A stretch of DNA of 64,000 nt from positions 3,582-67,581 of the forward strand of contig JAKQJL010000025.1 of the NCBI GenBank assembly GCA_029561175.1, given 5' to 3'. The translations under genes and the position numbers were made by a program. This document shows, one piece after another, positions 27,432 through 37,031 of the stretch. Within the stretch, counting starts at the first letter, position 1, and every line of letters starts with the position of its first letter. The stretch comes from a bacterium. Its GTDB lineage: Bacteria > Patescibacteriota > Microgenomatia > UBA12405. The notes under the pieces are model-generated. The model saw only the letters and a list, made by a program, of their open reading frames with translations. It was not told where the DNA came from and searched no databases.

Positions 27432-27944
27432 TTATTTTATTAAGGAAAGAATCCACCCATCAACATCATCAGTCCATTTAAAAACTAAGTGTTTTTCGTC
27501 TTCTGTTGGTGGTTCCATTTCTTTAGTGGTACTCTCAAAATCAGCCATATCAACATCAAAACGTTTTTTAGTAATTCTATTTTCTAATAGTCTTTTAAGT
27601 GCTTCTTCTTTGGGGATATCTACAAAAATAGTCGTAGTTTCAATATTCAGTTGATCAGCAATCTTTTTCACCAAATCTCTTTCTGCTTTAGTAAAGTTAC
27701 CAGTGTCGTGAACCACTGTTTCGCCATTTTCCAACACCTGTTTGATTCTTAAATACATCTCTTGGTAAACTCTATCCCATCCCGATTGGTCAATTTCAAC
27801 ATCAAGAATATTGGGGTTAAATAGTTCAAATTTAACCTCGTCTAAATCTATTCGAGTAAAGCCAAGTTTCTCTGCCAGTCTTTTTGCAAGTGTAGTTTTA
27901 CCAGAAAAGGGGATTCCGCAAAGAATATATAGTTTATTTTTCAT
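27432..27944 (-). CDS. P-loop kinase (AAA_33-like)
   Basis: CGIPFSGKTT, VVHDTGNF..ER. Confidence 0.85.
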   Translation of the reverse strand: MKNKLYILCGIPFSGKTTLAKRLAEKLGFTRIDLDEVKFELFNPNILDVEIDQSGWDRVYQEMYLRIKQVLENGETVVHDTGNFTKAERDLVKKIADQLNIETTTIFVDIPKEEALKRLLENRITKKRFDVDMADFESTTKEMEPPTEDEKHLVFKWTDDVDGWILSLIK

Positions 27945-27967
27945 AAATAATTATATTCAAACTCATT

Positions 27968-28486
27968 CTATTTTAATCCAATCAATTCTTTTACTTCTTC
28001 AAATGATTCTTCGCGGTTTTCTGGGGTCACCTCGATCACCGCCGCACCTTTTCGAGATAACAGCTCTTGGGTAAATTCATCAGAATATATTTGTGATATT
28101 GCCAATATTACCAATCCATCATGCTCAAGATATTTTCTCACCAACTCTTTAAATTTTTCAGAATACAGTTCCATCTGGCCAACTTCATCAATATATAAAA
28201 CATCTCCGGGGTTTATTTCCGATAATTCTGGAATCACCTTCTCTAAATTTTCAACAATAACTGAATATCTGGAAACCTTAATTGGAGTTTCAACCTCAGT
28301 GCTTGCTAAAACAGTTTCAGTTCCACTTGCTGTTACAATTTTAAAACCTTTTCTTAATCCATTTTCACCAGGTATTTCTAAAGTAACAAATCCTTGTCTT
28401 TGCGGGAAAGACTCAACAACTCGATTCATTAAAGTACTCTTACCGCTATGGGGTAAACCGGTTATGAATATTTCTTTTTTAGCCAT
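27968..28486 (-). CDS. NTPase_1 (THEP1-like) nucleoside triphosphatase
   Basis: FITGLPHSGKST, GFVT.E, R.GF, IDEVGQMELYS. Confidence 0.9.
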   Translation of the reverse strand: MAKKEIFITGLPHSGKSTLMNRVVESFPQRQGFVTLEIPGENGLRKGFKIVTASGTETVLASTEVETPIKVSRYSVIVENLEKVIPELSEINPGDVLYIDEVGQMELYSEKFKELVRKYLEHDGLVILAISQIYSDEFTQELLSRKGAAVIEVTPENREESFEEVKELIGLK

Positions 28487-28503
28487 TTTTAGTAATAAAT
28501 TAT

Positions 28504-29070
28504 TTACAATTCACTTCTTTTCAAGTGATAAATATAAAAGGCACTACTAAAGCAAAGTGCCGACATTATTACAAATAACACCTTAAAACTAAATAAAGTA
28601 ACCAATGCTCCACCAACCACCGCTCCAATAGCTGTCATAAAATAATTCATTGATTCCCAGGCTCCCCATTGAGTTCCAGATTTATGACCATCCAAATGTT
28701 TAGAATATACTGCGTCAAAAGCAGGAGAATAAATAGCTCCACCAAGACCAATAATTGCTTGAACTATAAATAAAAAAACAACTGAATTAGCCCAACAGTA
28801 TAGCAAGAAACCAACCCCTGTTATTACATATCCAAAAACAACAATCAATTCATTTTCTTTTATCTTATCGCTATATTTACCCGAAATTAGCGATACTAAA
28901 CCAGCCACAAAAGCAAAAATACCGCCAGCAATACTAGCATCCATCAAATCTCCACCCACTTCTTCAATTAACAAAGCATAAATAGGACTCAGCATTGCCG
29001 CTGCCACAATCGTCATCGCGTTTGTTGAAAGTAGTACTCTTAAGGCTTTGTTAAAAGGTAAACAGATCAT
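28504..29070 (-). CDS. Half-size (6-TM) MFS transporter
   Basis: GKYSDKI motif-A-like; about 188 aa; paralog of 39064-39621. Confidence 0.85.
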   Translation of the reverse strand: MICLPFNKALRVLLSTNAMTIVAAAMLSPIYALLIEEVGGDLMDASIAGGIFAFVAGLVSLISGKYSDKIKENELIVVFGYVITGVGFLLYCWANSVVFLFIVQAIIGLGGAIYSPAFDAVYSKHLDGHKSGTQWGAWESMNYFMTAIGAVVGGALVTLFSFKVLFVIMSALCFSSAFYIYHLKRSEL

Positions 29071-29121
29071 TTTGTAATTATCGCATGTATGCAACAAGAT
29101 TAGTTATTCTTTCATTTCTGG

Positions 29122-29841
29122 TCACCAGGGAATAAAAACCGACACTCTTTTTTTATAATTTTGGAACTCTAAATTATTTTCGTATTTCTTTTCGAGCAAT
29201 GGCACTCCAGAAACTTTTAAAATTAAATAACTAATTGTTAATGGGCCAACAATCGTCCACCAGTTATTACCAAGATTGAGCAAAAATATTCCCCACCACA
29301 TGGTAACCTCTCCAAAATAATTAGGATGACGGCTAATAGCCCACAAACCAGATTGCATTATTTTCCCCTTATTACTTGGATTCTGAATAAACTTTTTTAA
29401 CTGACTATCGGCGGTTGATTCAAAATAAAATCCAATTATCCAAATTAAAATTCCTACTAAATTAAACCATCCAAAAACTCCACTGGAATTTATTATTGGC
29501 CAACAAATCAACCACATAAAAAATCCTTGGACTATAAAAACTTGAAAATAAGGACTACTTTTAAAACTTTCATAACGATAATCTTCTTTTTTATTTTTAT
29601 TACGCTGATAAATATGAACGGCTAGTCTAACACCCCAAATAGAAATTAAAATTATAGAAATTAATAATTTTTTGGTTGGGTTAAAAAGTAAATTAAATCC
29701 AGCCACTAAAATAAACCCCACTCCCCAAGCCGTGTCGGCAATATCATTTCTTTTTTTAAGTATTGCCACCCCAAACCACCCCGTCATGTAAACCCAAATT
29801 AAAACCGCACTAATTATCAAAGCCATTTGGTTAATATCCAA
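29122..29841 (-). CDS. DUF1295 (steroid 5-alpha-reductase-like) membrane protein
   Basis: DTAWG, WGVRL, EDYRY, ESTADSQL, SRHPNYFGE. Confidence 0.9.
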   Translation of the reverse strand: MDINQMALIISAVLIWVYMTGWFGVAILKKRNDIADTAWGVGFILVAGFNLLFNPTKKLLISIILISIWGVRLAVHIYQRNKNKKEDYRYESFKSSPYFQVFIVQGFFMWLICWPIINSSGVFGWFNLVGILIWIIGFYFESTADSQLKKFIQNPSNKGKIMQSGLWAISRHPNYFGEVTMWWGIFLLNLGNNWWTIVGPLTISYLILKVSGVPLLEKKYENNLEFQNYKKRVSVFIPW

Positions 29842-30209
29842 TAACTAATTCCCGCCACCACCGCCGATACAAATGTTCCCCAAATCAAATCAACAATAGT
29901 AACTAATATCGGCCAATCTTTAATCGTCGCCAAATTGGTTAAATCATAGGTGGCATAACCACATAATCCAAACAAAGCTCCGGTTAATATTGCCTGCCAG
30001 ATTGATCCTTTGGCCAATGCTGGTTGCAAAACCAGCACTACCATTCCTAAAATATAAATTAAATAAAATATTCCCGCGGCTGCCAAATTAGGAGTCTTGC
30101 TCATTAAATACCCCAAATATTTAGCATAAAAATTCTTAGCCACCACTACCAACCATACTCCATCAATTGCTAAAAAAGTTATCAGTGCTACCAAATATTG
30201 TTTAATCAT
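29817..30209 (-). CDS. DUF2177 family membrane protein
   Basis: IDGVWL, YATYDLTNLAT, VDLIWG. Confidence 0.9.
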   Translation of the reverse strand: MIKQYLVALITFLAIDGVWLVVVAKNFYAKYLGYLMSKTPNLAAAGIFYLIYILGMVVLVLQPALAKGSIWQAILTGALFGLCGYATYDLTNLATIKDWPILVTIVDLIWGTFVSAVVAGISYWILTKWL

Positions 30210-30255
30210 GATTAATGATAGCTTAAATAAATTATTTAATTACAAATCGTATTTG

Positions 30256-30744
30256 TTAGATTTTTTTCCTAATCAAATCAATTGCCCAGACATAATGGCT
30301 AGACAATGCTGAAGCCAGATAACAAGTTATACTTGTCGATCCTGTCCACGCATATTTCTTTTTGGTCGAAAGTTCCTCGTCGGAATGTTTGTTGACAATA
30401 GACATCAATGCTTTGTGAGATGTATTAAATCTAGCAATTAAGTCATTCCACTCGATAGATTTATATTCTTGGAATAGTTTTTCATTTAGTTCTGGGGCAT
30501 CTTTAAAAGTGTATCCAGGGGCGGGGATCGCTGGTTTTTTGCCATTCATCCCTTCTTGGTACCAATTTAATTCCAACAACTGCCACGCCAACAAATGGGC
30601 AATAATATCTTTAGTAGTTCGATTATCAAAAACAAATTGTTTATCACGTATCTCAGGAGTAAGAGCGTTTACCAAATTCATTAGTCGGTCAAACTCGTTT
30701 TGACCAAATTCTAATAATTGTTGTTTATTTTGTGCTCGAGGCAT
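30256..30744 (-). CDS. ClbS/DfsB (DUF1706, DinB-like) four-helix bundle protein
   Basis: MPRAQNK, KDIIAHLLAW, PAPGY, YAWTGST, SSHYVWA. Confidence 0.88.
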   Translation of the reverse strand: MPRAQNKQQLLEFGQNEFDRLMNLVNALTPEIRDKQFVFDNRTTKDIIAHLLAWQLLELNWYQEGMNGKKPAIPAPGYTFKDAPELNEKLFQEYKSIEWNDLIARFNTSHKALMSIVNKHSDEELSTKKKYAWTGSTSITCYLASALSSHYVWAIDLIRKKI

Positions 30745-30750
30745 AATTAT

Positions 30751-31176
30751 TTATTTTTTTACTGTTTCGATTTTGCCCACCGGTAGCCAATCATCCATGT
30801 TGCCATAACTACTTTTATCTATGGCAAAGCTTTTTATTTCTTCTACTTGGTTAACTTCGATTAACACTAGATATCTTTTTCCACCCCATTTTTTAAACTG
30901 ATTATCAGTTAATTGAAGTTTATTTTGATTATTTTTAATTAAAGAAATTGATTCCTCGTTAGTTAAAATTTGAGAATTAAAAACTGAAGATACCACCGCT
31001 TTAGCTTTCACTATTCCTTCAGCATTATTATTCAAAAAATATAAAACATCACCAACAACAACTCGTCCGTATGGCAATTTTCTGCCAGTAGCTCCACGAA
31101 TAATCATCGTTTTGCTCCCGGAAAGTAAATGTGTTAGTTCGTTTGCTTTGGCATCTAGATAAACCACATGGTCCAT
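30751..31176 (-). CDS. ASCH/PUA-like domain protein
   Basis: LLSGSKTMIIR...VVVGDVLYF, matching the GxKxxxxR and GD pattern. Confidence 0.65.
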   Translation of the reverse strand: MDHVVYLDAKANELTHLLSGSKTMIIRGATGRKLPYGRVVVGDVLYFLNNNAEGIVKAKAVVSSVFNSQILTNEESISLIKNNQNKLQLTDNQFKKWGGKRYLVLIEVNQVEEIKSFAIDKSSYGNMDDWLPVGKIETVKK

Positions 31177-31177
31177 A

Positions 31178-32527
31178 TTATTTTTTTGTTAAAACCAGCC
31201 CTAATCTCGACTGTTTGCCATCTGCACAACTAAAGATTCTAAAAGAAAATTCATTTTGTTTATTTTTAAAGTAGTTTCTAAAAAAAATCAATGCTTTTTC
31301 ATTTCTTTGTTCATCTGTCATAAATAAATCATCATAATTATCAATTGGATACATTCTAAATTCTCCCTCATGTTTTAAGGTTCTACAAATATTATCTAAA
31401 TAAACACTCATTTGCGATTTATCTGATTGTTCACTTTTTCTATCCAAATACATTCCTGGCCCCCAAGAATCAATAATCAAATCAAAACTTTCATTTGCAA
31501 AAGGTAGTGATGGTTGCAAAGAGGCGACTGAGTTAACAGCTTTTTTTCTTCTATCTTCTTGGTATGAATCAGGCAACACCTCTGGCTCGTCAACCAAGTC
31601 AATATCTTTAGAAATATAAGTTGTTTCTTTCCAGCTTTCTCCTTCACTTGTATCAAAAATTCTAAAGTCATTAGGTTCCAAACCCAGAGTGGCGTCCGAA
31701 GAAATAACTGTAATATCAGGTCTTAATTCACTAATACCCGCGGCTGTTTGCTGGAAGATGCCTGAACCAACATCTAAAACTTTTGAATTAGGTTTTAGTT
31801 TTTTAACGGTTTCTGTTATCGATAAAGCTTTATCGACTTCTTCAAAAGATCTATTGGTCACTCTAAAATATCCAATTTCTTTGGTAGTTGGTTGTAGGTA
31901 ATCAACTAAGGAATTGTATAGTAGCTTGGCCTTTTCCATATTTCGACTAAATACCCAAGGTCCAACATAATTTTCAATGGTTCCTAAAGCCGCAAATCCA
32001 GTCGGAACAGAATTATTTGGTCCTCCTTCTATATTTCCTTGCCATAATCCTTCTTCTTTGCGTCGTAACAATTCATCGTATTCCTCTTGAGAAAAAGCAA
32101 ATACTTTTGTAAATTTTTTTACTTGCGAAACTTCAGCCCTAATTTCGTTATGTTCCGGTTGTTCTAATCCAATTAATTTTTTCGCTGCCACTCTGTGGCG
32201 TCCATCATGAAGAACACCGTATAAACCGTTAACACAAAACAGTTTTGGTGGTTCCATTGAATCAAGATTAATTTCCCCAGATTTAACTAATTGCGATAAA
32301 CCATAAACTCTTTCAGAGTCTTCAATCGTCCAATTGGTGGCATTGGGAGCAGACACTACTTTTTCAACTTCTATTTGTGACAAAACCGGATCTTCAGTCT
32401 CAATACTTGCATAAGTTATCAAATCATCAAGTTCCATAAAAGGTAATTGTCTTAACCGATCTGTTAACTCAATTTTTCTCTTTTCGCCACTAACAACTGA
32501 TGTTGGTATATTGTCTTGATCTATCAC
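31178..32527 (-). CDS. ParB/Srx-like domain fused to class I SAM-dependent methyltransferase
   Basis: VLHDGRHRVAA; KVLDVGSG, LPFANESFDLI, RTLKHEG; GTG start. Confidence 0.7.
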   Translation of the reverse strand: MIDQDNIPTSVVSGEKRKIELTDRLRQLPFMELDDLITYASIETEDPVLSQIEVEKVVSAPNATNWTIEDSERVYGLSQLVKSGEINLDSMEPPKLFCVNGLYGVLHDGRHRVAAKKLIGLEQPEHNEIRAEVSQVKKFTKVFAFSQEEYDELLRRKEEGLWQGNIEGGPNNSVPTGFAALGTIENYVGPWVFSRNMEKAKLLYNSLVDYLQPTTKEIGYFRVTNRSFEEVDKALSITETVKKLKPNSKVLDVGSGIFQQTAAGISELRPDITVISSDATLGLEPNDFRIFDTSEGESWKETTYISKDIDLVDEPEVLPDSYQEDRRKKAVNSVASLQPSLPFANESFDLIIDSWGPGMYLDRKSEQSDKSQMSVYLDNICRTLKHEGEFRMYPIDNYDDLFMTDEQRNEKALIFFRNYFKNKQNEFSFRIFSCADGKQSRLGLVLTKK

Positions 32528-32579
32528 TAAGAAATTATATCAAGATGATAAATACAACCATCTTTCTTATAATCTAGTT

Positions 32580-33608
32580 ATGAGTGACAAAGGAGAAATG
32601 CCTTTTAAAAAAGTAGTAGAAGTGATTGGCGAAGATGGATCTTCAACTTTTATTTCCGTTAATCCAGATAGTACTCCCAAAGAATCAATGGTTAGTACCG
32701 GTTTATCTGAAGTAATTAAAAAAATACCTACCGATATACCACAAGCATTTATTGATCAAGCTCAAGAAGTTGCTGCTTGGATTACTGCTAATGATAGCGG
32801 AAAAGAAATAGTCGATCATGATAAATATCTGAGGTGGTTAGGCCAAATATATGGTCAGATAAAAGATATTATCCGGATATGGCCCGAAGGTAAGTTCCCA
32901 AAATGGTTGACTGGGCAAGAAGCAAGACGCTCAATTAATCTTTTTCATGGAGAAGAAAAAATTGAAGAAGAAGAGTATATTGAATCTCGAGCCGCTTTTG
33001 TTTCAATGGCAAAAGAACTTGAAATCCCAATCGAAAAAGAAAATAATGGGTGGTTCATAAACATAACAGATGCCGAAATTCCTGCTATCGATGGTTATAA
33101 AGCTTATTTAGGGGAGAGACAAGTTTTAGCATTAATGAGAGAAAAAAGGCTTGAACAGTATCTAAAAGAAAGTAATCTTTTACCTGAAAGTTTGAAATAT
33201 TATGAGGGGGCAGTCATTATGTATTTTAGAAATAGTCAATGTGGGTCTGATGAAATTACTCAAGAGTTAATGTCGCATGGATTAAATCCTGTTATTGCTC
33301 AAGATGTATACGATTTTGAAATTAGAGATGAAAAAATCTATGGCCCTAATTTTAAAGAATCAAATGATTCCTCATTTAATTATTGGGATTTACCAGCTGG
33401 TAATTACGACCAAGTACAATTTTTTCAGAGTTACTTAGAATTTTGTCTAAAAACTGGTAAAAGACCAACTGAACCATTTATGACTGTTTTTGGATATTTA
33501 ATTAGCGATGGAAGTATCGATTCAAACAGCCCAAGGATCAGTAAATTAAGAGAAAAAATTAAAACACCTTTAGTTTTGAGAGATAAAATTATTAGAAATC
33601 TAGATTAA
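32580..33608 (+). CDS. Hypothetical protein
   Basis: 342-aa ORF, TATAAT-N6-ATG, no recognised motif. Confidence 0.7.
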   Translation: MSDKGEMPFKKVVEVIGEDGSSTFISVNPDSTPKESMVSTGLSEVIKKIPTDIPQAFIDQAQEVAAWITANDSGKEIVDHDKYLRWLGQIYGQIKDIIRIWPEGKFPKWLTGQEARRSINLFHGEEKIEEEEYIESRAAFVSMAKELEIPIEKENNGWFINITDAEIPAIDGYKAYLGERQVLALMREKRLEQYLKESNLLPESLKYYEGAVIMYFRNSQCGSDEITQELMSHGLNPVIAQDVYDFEIRDEKIYGPNFKESNDSSFNYWDLPAGNYDQVQFFQSYLEFCLKTGKRPTEPFMTVFGYLISDGSIDSNSPRISKLREKIKTPLVLRDKIIRNLD

Positions 33609-33637
33609 TAGATTCAAGAAGACCAATAAGTTACGCC

Positions 33638-34966
33638 TTACTGTACAGTAATTAATGCAGTACAAGGATCAGATATTAAACCATCGGCTGTTTGAACTTG
33701 CATTTTGACAGTGTAAGAACCAGGATCAGCGTAGGTGTGGTTAACATTTCCATCTAATAACATATCGGTATCCCAGTTGCCATCACCAGTCCAATCCCAG
33801 CGAGCCCCAGTTACATAATTGCCACTACCTTGGTAAATAGCACCATAAACAAAGTTAGCGGTAAAAGGTGCTGGACCAGAGCTAGCTGACATAATATTAA
33901 TTTGGCAGGTTGGTTTAGGAGCTGGAGTTGGAGTACTTGTTGGAGGAGGGTTGTCGCCACTAACTAAAAACTCGACAGTTCGACTTTGGCCGGTCACCGC
34001 CGTAACATTTTGATAACCAGTCCATTGGCCTTTGTATTGTATCCGAACTGAATAGGAACCAGGAGGAACTGAGCTATAAGTGACGGAATTAATTGAAGAG
34101 TAACCGTTGCCACCAGCCCGAGCAATTAATGTTTGTGTATCAGTCGAACGTCCATCAAGGATTTTACAGCCTGATTTAGCGTGTAGTTCAACGATCTGAT
34201 CACCAACAACTAAATTGCTTTGAGGTTTAATATCGATCTTAACAGCTCCAGTTGCTCCGTTTAAATCATAACTACAAGAATTATCGACAACTGGTGTGGA
34301 ACTAGTTGGAGTAGCAGTAGGTTTAATAGTTGGCTTAGCTGTTGGTTTAAGCGTTGGGCTAATAGTTGGTAAAACTGTAATTGTGGGGATCAGAGTTGGT
34401 GTCGGTGTTTCAACATTATTTATATTTTCAGCGATAGGAGCAGGGTTAGTTTTATGAGTTCTATTATATGCAAAAACACCGATAGCGATTGTGGCGAAGA
34501 TAATGGATAAAGTTAAAAAAATGTACAAGGATCTCTGTTTAGTGTTTACAATATTTTTAGTGGAATCTGATGGTGGCGTTTTAATGTCGTTAATCTCTGT
34601 TGTCATTTTATATCGTTTTTTGTCATGAACACAATAAGTGCCTTCAGAATTTAACCATTTTTCTTCTTCTTGTTTAACAAGTGATTCTATCCCTTTTTCT
34701 TTAATAGTTTTCAAGTTAGCAATTTCACTCATTTCATATTTTTCTTGGTATCTTTTATCCATTCGTTTTAATCTTTCACACGGAAACTCCTCGCAATCAA
34801 AACAATAATCTCCTTTTCTTTTTGGGCATTGTTTTATCGCGCAGTTTAAACATCTTTTGTTTACTAATCGGCCACTAGCGCATCCCGGGCATTTATTTTC
34901 CTCTCGCAAATGATAAACGCATAACCCGCAATTCATTCCACATGGCGCAATCAAACTCTTATCCAT
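33638..34966 (-). CDS. DUF3795 Cys-rich domain fused to TM - Pro/Thr linker - PKD-like surface protein
   Basis: APCGMNCGLC...CPGC...CFDCEEFPC; PTPT linkers; WDWTGDG...HTYADPGSYTV. Confidence 0.75.
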   Translation of the reverse strand: MDKSLIAPCGMNCGLCVYHLREENKCPGCASGRLVNKRCLNCAIKQCPKRKGDYCFDCEEFPCERLKRMDKRYQEKYEMSEIANLKTIKEKGIESLVKQEEEKWLNSEGTYCVHDKKRYKMTTEINDIKTPPSDSTKNIVNTKQRSLYIFLTLSIIFATIAIGVFAYNRTHKTNPAPIAENINNVETPTPTLIPTITVLPTISPTLKPTAKPTIKPTATPTSSTPVVDNSCSYDLNGATGAVKIDIKPQSNLVVGDQIVELHAKSGCKILDGRSTDTQTLIARAGGNGYSSINSVTYSSVPPGSYSVRIQYKGQWTGYQNVTAVTGQSRTVEFLVSGDNPPPTSTPTPAPKPTCQINIMSASSGPAPFTANFVYGAIYQGSGNYVTGARWDWTGDGNWDTDMLLDGNVNHTYADPGSYTVKMQVQTADGLISDPCTALITVQ

Positions 34967-35168
34967 TTTCTAAATTATTATCTAATTAGTAATTAAATCT
35001 CCACAAACTAATTTTAGCTCTATTTCTTTTTAAATCCAATCGCAATAACAGCCAAACCACCAATATCCAGCCCACTAATTAATTTAAAAAAATATTATAT
35101 ATAATCTAGTCATTGTTTTTTTAAAATTAAAAGTGGTAATAAATTGTAATAATAAAAAATTAAGTCCA

Positions 35169-35981
35169 ATGTGGAAGTATGTGATATTTTCATATTTGCT
35201 TTTCTGGATCATGGTAATGGTGTTGGGTGGTTCAGCTGCAATGATATTTAATGCGCCACCTATTGTTCAAAGAATAGTTCAGGCTTTTTGTGCTTGGGCA
35301 CCAACATTTGCATTTCTCATATTATTTAAAAAATTAAAACCTAACACGAATTTAAAAGATTATATAAAAAGTTTTTTCAGTGAAAAAATCAGGTTTGACC
35401 TAATGTTAATCGGAAGTTTTGCTATTGTATTAAGCTCAATAATTCCTCTTTTTTTAATATCTGTAATAAGACAACAACCATTTACATCTTTTTTTAGTTT
35501 GTTTGGATATGCATTACCAATATCAGTTTTATTGTCTCTTTTTGCGGGTCCTCTTGGCGAGGAACTTGGGTGGAGAGGTTATTTGCGTAATGAACTGAAT
35601 AACAAATATAGTTTCATTAAAGCGTCAATATTTGGTGGAATAATATGGGCCTTGTGGCATTCTGTTTTATGGTTTGTAGATGTTGTGTTTATGGGTGGTT
35701 CTACTGGCTGGCCACTTGTTTTATTTATTATTTCAAATGTAGTTGTAATGACTTCAATTGTCATAATAATGAACGTCATCTTACAAAAGAACAACCATTT
35801 ACTTCAATCTATTTGGATTCATTTATGTTTCAATTTGATTTATGTCCATTTAACTAATTTTGATACTTTGTATTTTGCATTAATAACGATTACATACACA
35901 ATAACTGGAGTTTTATTCTTGCTGAATTATTATAAAAATATACATAAAGAAAACAAGACCAACAAGCCCTTGTCGAAGTGA
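35169..35981 (+). CDS. CPBP/Abi (CAAX) intramembrane protease
   Basis: EELGWRG, WALWH, IWIH. Confidence 0.9.
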   Translation: MWKYVIFSYLLFWIMVMVLGGSAAMIFNAPPIVQRIVQAFCAWAPTFAFLILFKKLKPNTNLKDYIKSFFSEKIRFDLMLIGSFAIVLSSIIPLFLISVIRQQPFTSFFSLFGYALPISVLLSLFAGPLGEELGWRGYLRNELNNKYSFIKASIFGGIIWALWHSVLWFVDVVFMGGSTGWPLVLFIISNVVVMTSIVIIMNVILQKNNHLLQSIWIHLCFNLIYVHLTNFDTLYFALITITYTITGVLFLLNYYKNIHKENKTNKPLSK

Positions 35982-36184
35982 TCCCAGTTTTTGAAAAAGT
36001 AAAAAAAATTAAAGGCAAGATACTATTTTAAAAGTGTTAATTAAGTAAATAGTGAAACTATAAAATCTTAATCCAATTTGAGTAAATGGTCACACAGAGT
36101 GATTTTCTGATGTCATTAAAGCTTCTTTTTGTTGCATAAGTACTTCAGATTTTGTCCTATTATTCATATTTATCATAAGAATAA

Positions 36185-36724
36185 TCAAGATTCTTTAATC
36201 TGTGATTTTTCTTTTTGATTTTCTATCCAAGCTGGAAAGTCTGAAGCTTCAATAAGTTTAAAACTAGGGAAAAAACTTTTAAAAAATGGTATCAAGGGTA
36301 CAAAACGAGGAGCGGCCACAATTACTCCAACATTTAATTTATTTTCCTTCCAAAGATTTTCATCAATAGGAGAAATCAATGTAAAAGCACCGTTTGTATA
36401 TGCATCAATATATCCAGATTTTCTAATTTTAGCGCAATCACCTTTTATGTGGCCTGTGTGTAGTATAGATAATAATGCAAATAATTTTGTGTCATCATCA
36501 CCTTTTGTAATTCCATGAGCAACGAATCTTTCAAGATCTTCCTGGTTGCAATAATTATTCAAAATATTATTAAACCAACCTTCTGAACTAAAAACACCAT
36601 CGCAACCATCATTCCATAAGTAATCTTCAGTTGCATCAATCTGTTTCTCATGGATTTTTAATAAAAATCTTGCCAGGTTATAAGTAACTTTTTTTTCAAA
36701 GCTAGGTTTTATTTTTTCACTCAT
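36185..36724 (-). CDS. Hypothetical protein
   Basis: 179-aa ORF; AHG...SIL..G.I.G pattern, unassigned. Confidence 0.65.
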   Translation of the reverse strand: MSEKIKPSFEKKVTYNLARFLLKIHEKQIDATEDYLWNDGCDGVFSSEGWFNNILNNYCNQEDLERFVAHGITKGDDDTKLFALLSILHTGHIKGDCAKIRKSGYIDAYTNGAFTLISPIDENLWKENKLNVGVIVAAPRFVPLIPFFKSFFPSFKLIEASDFPAWIENQKEKSQIKES

Positions 36725-36755
36725 ATTAACTAATTTTATTTTTCGAAATCATAGT

Positions 36756-36932
36756 TTAGCCACCAAACCCCATATCATTACCAATACTTAGTAATTTTTT
36801 ACAATAAGGGCATCGATAAATTACATGTCTTTCCAAAAAACCTTTGGTATTTTTCTCAATCTTGTCTAATTCTTTGCCACAATAAGGACATGTTGCTAAT
36901 TCTTCAGTTTCAACTATTTTTATTTGAGCCAT
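36756..36932 (-). CDS. 58-aa zinc-ribbon protein (below ORF-track cutoff)
   Basis: MAQIKIVETEELATCPYCGKELDK...IYRCPYCKKLLSIGNDMGFGG*. Confidence 0.75.
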   Translation of the reverse strand: MAQIKIVETEELATCPYCGKELDKIEKNTKGFLERHVIYRCPYCKKLLSIGNDMGFGG

Positions 36933-37031
36933 ATATTTTTAATTAATAATTTAATCATTGCCACAAACTTATTTTAGCGCTTTTTTGTTTAGATTTAACA
37001 AGTTTGCCAAAGTACCCTTTGCTTTATTGAC

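Noticed and set aside
34985-35113. Possible small gene on - between the DUF3795 fusion and CAAX protease
   Set aside because: No intact start-to-stop frame; at most a remnant
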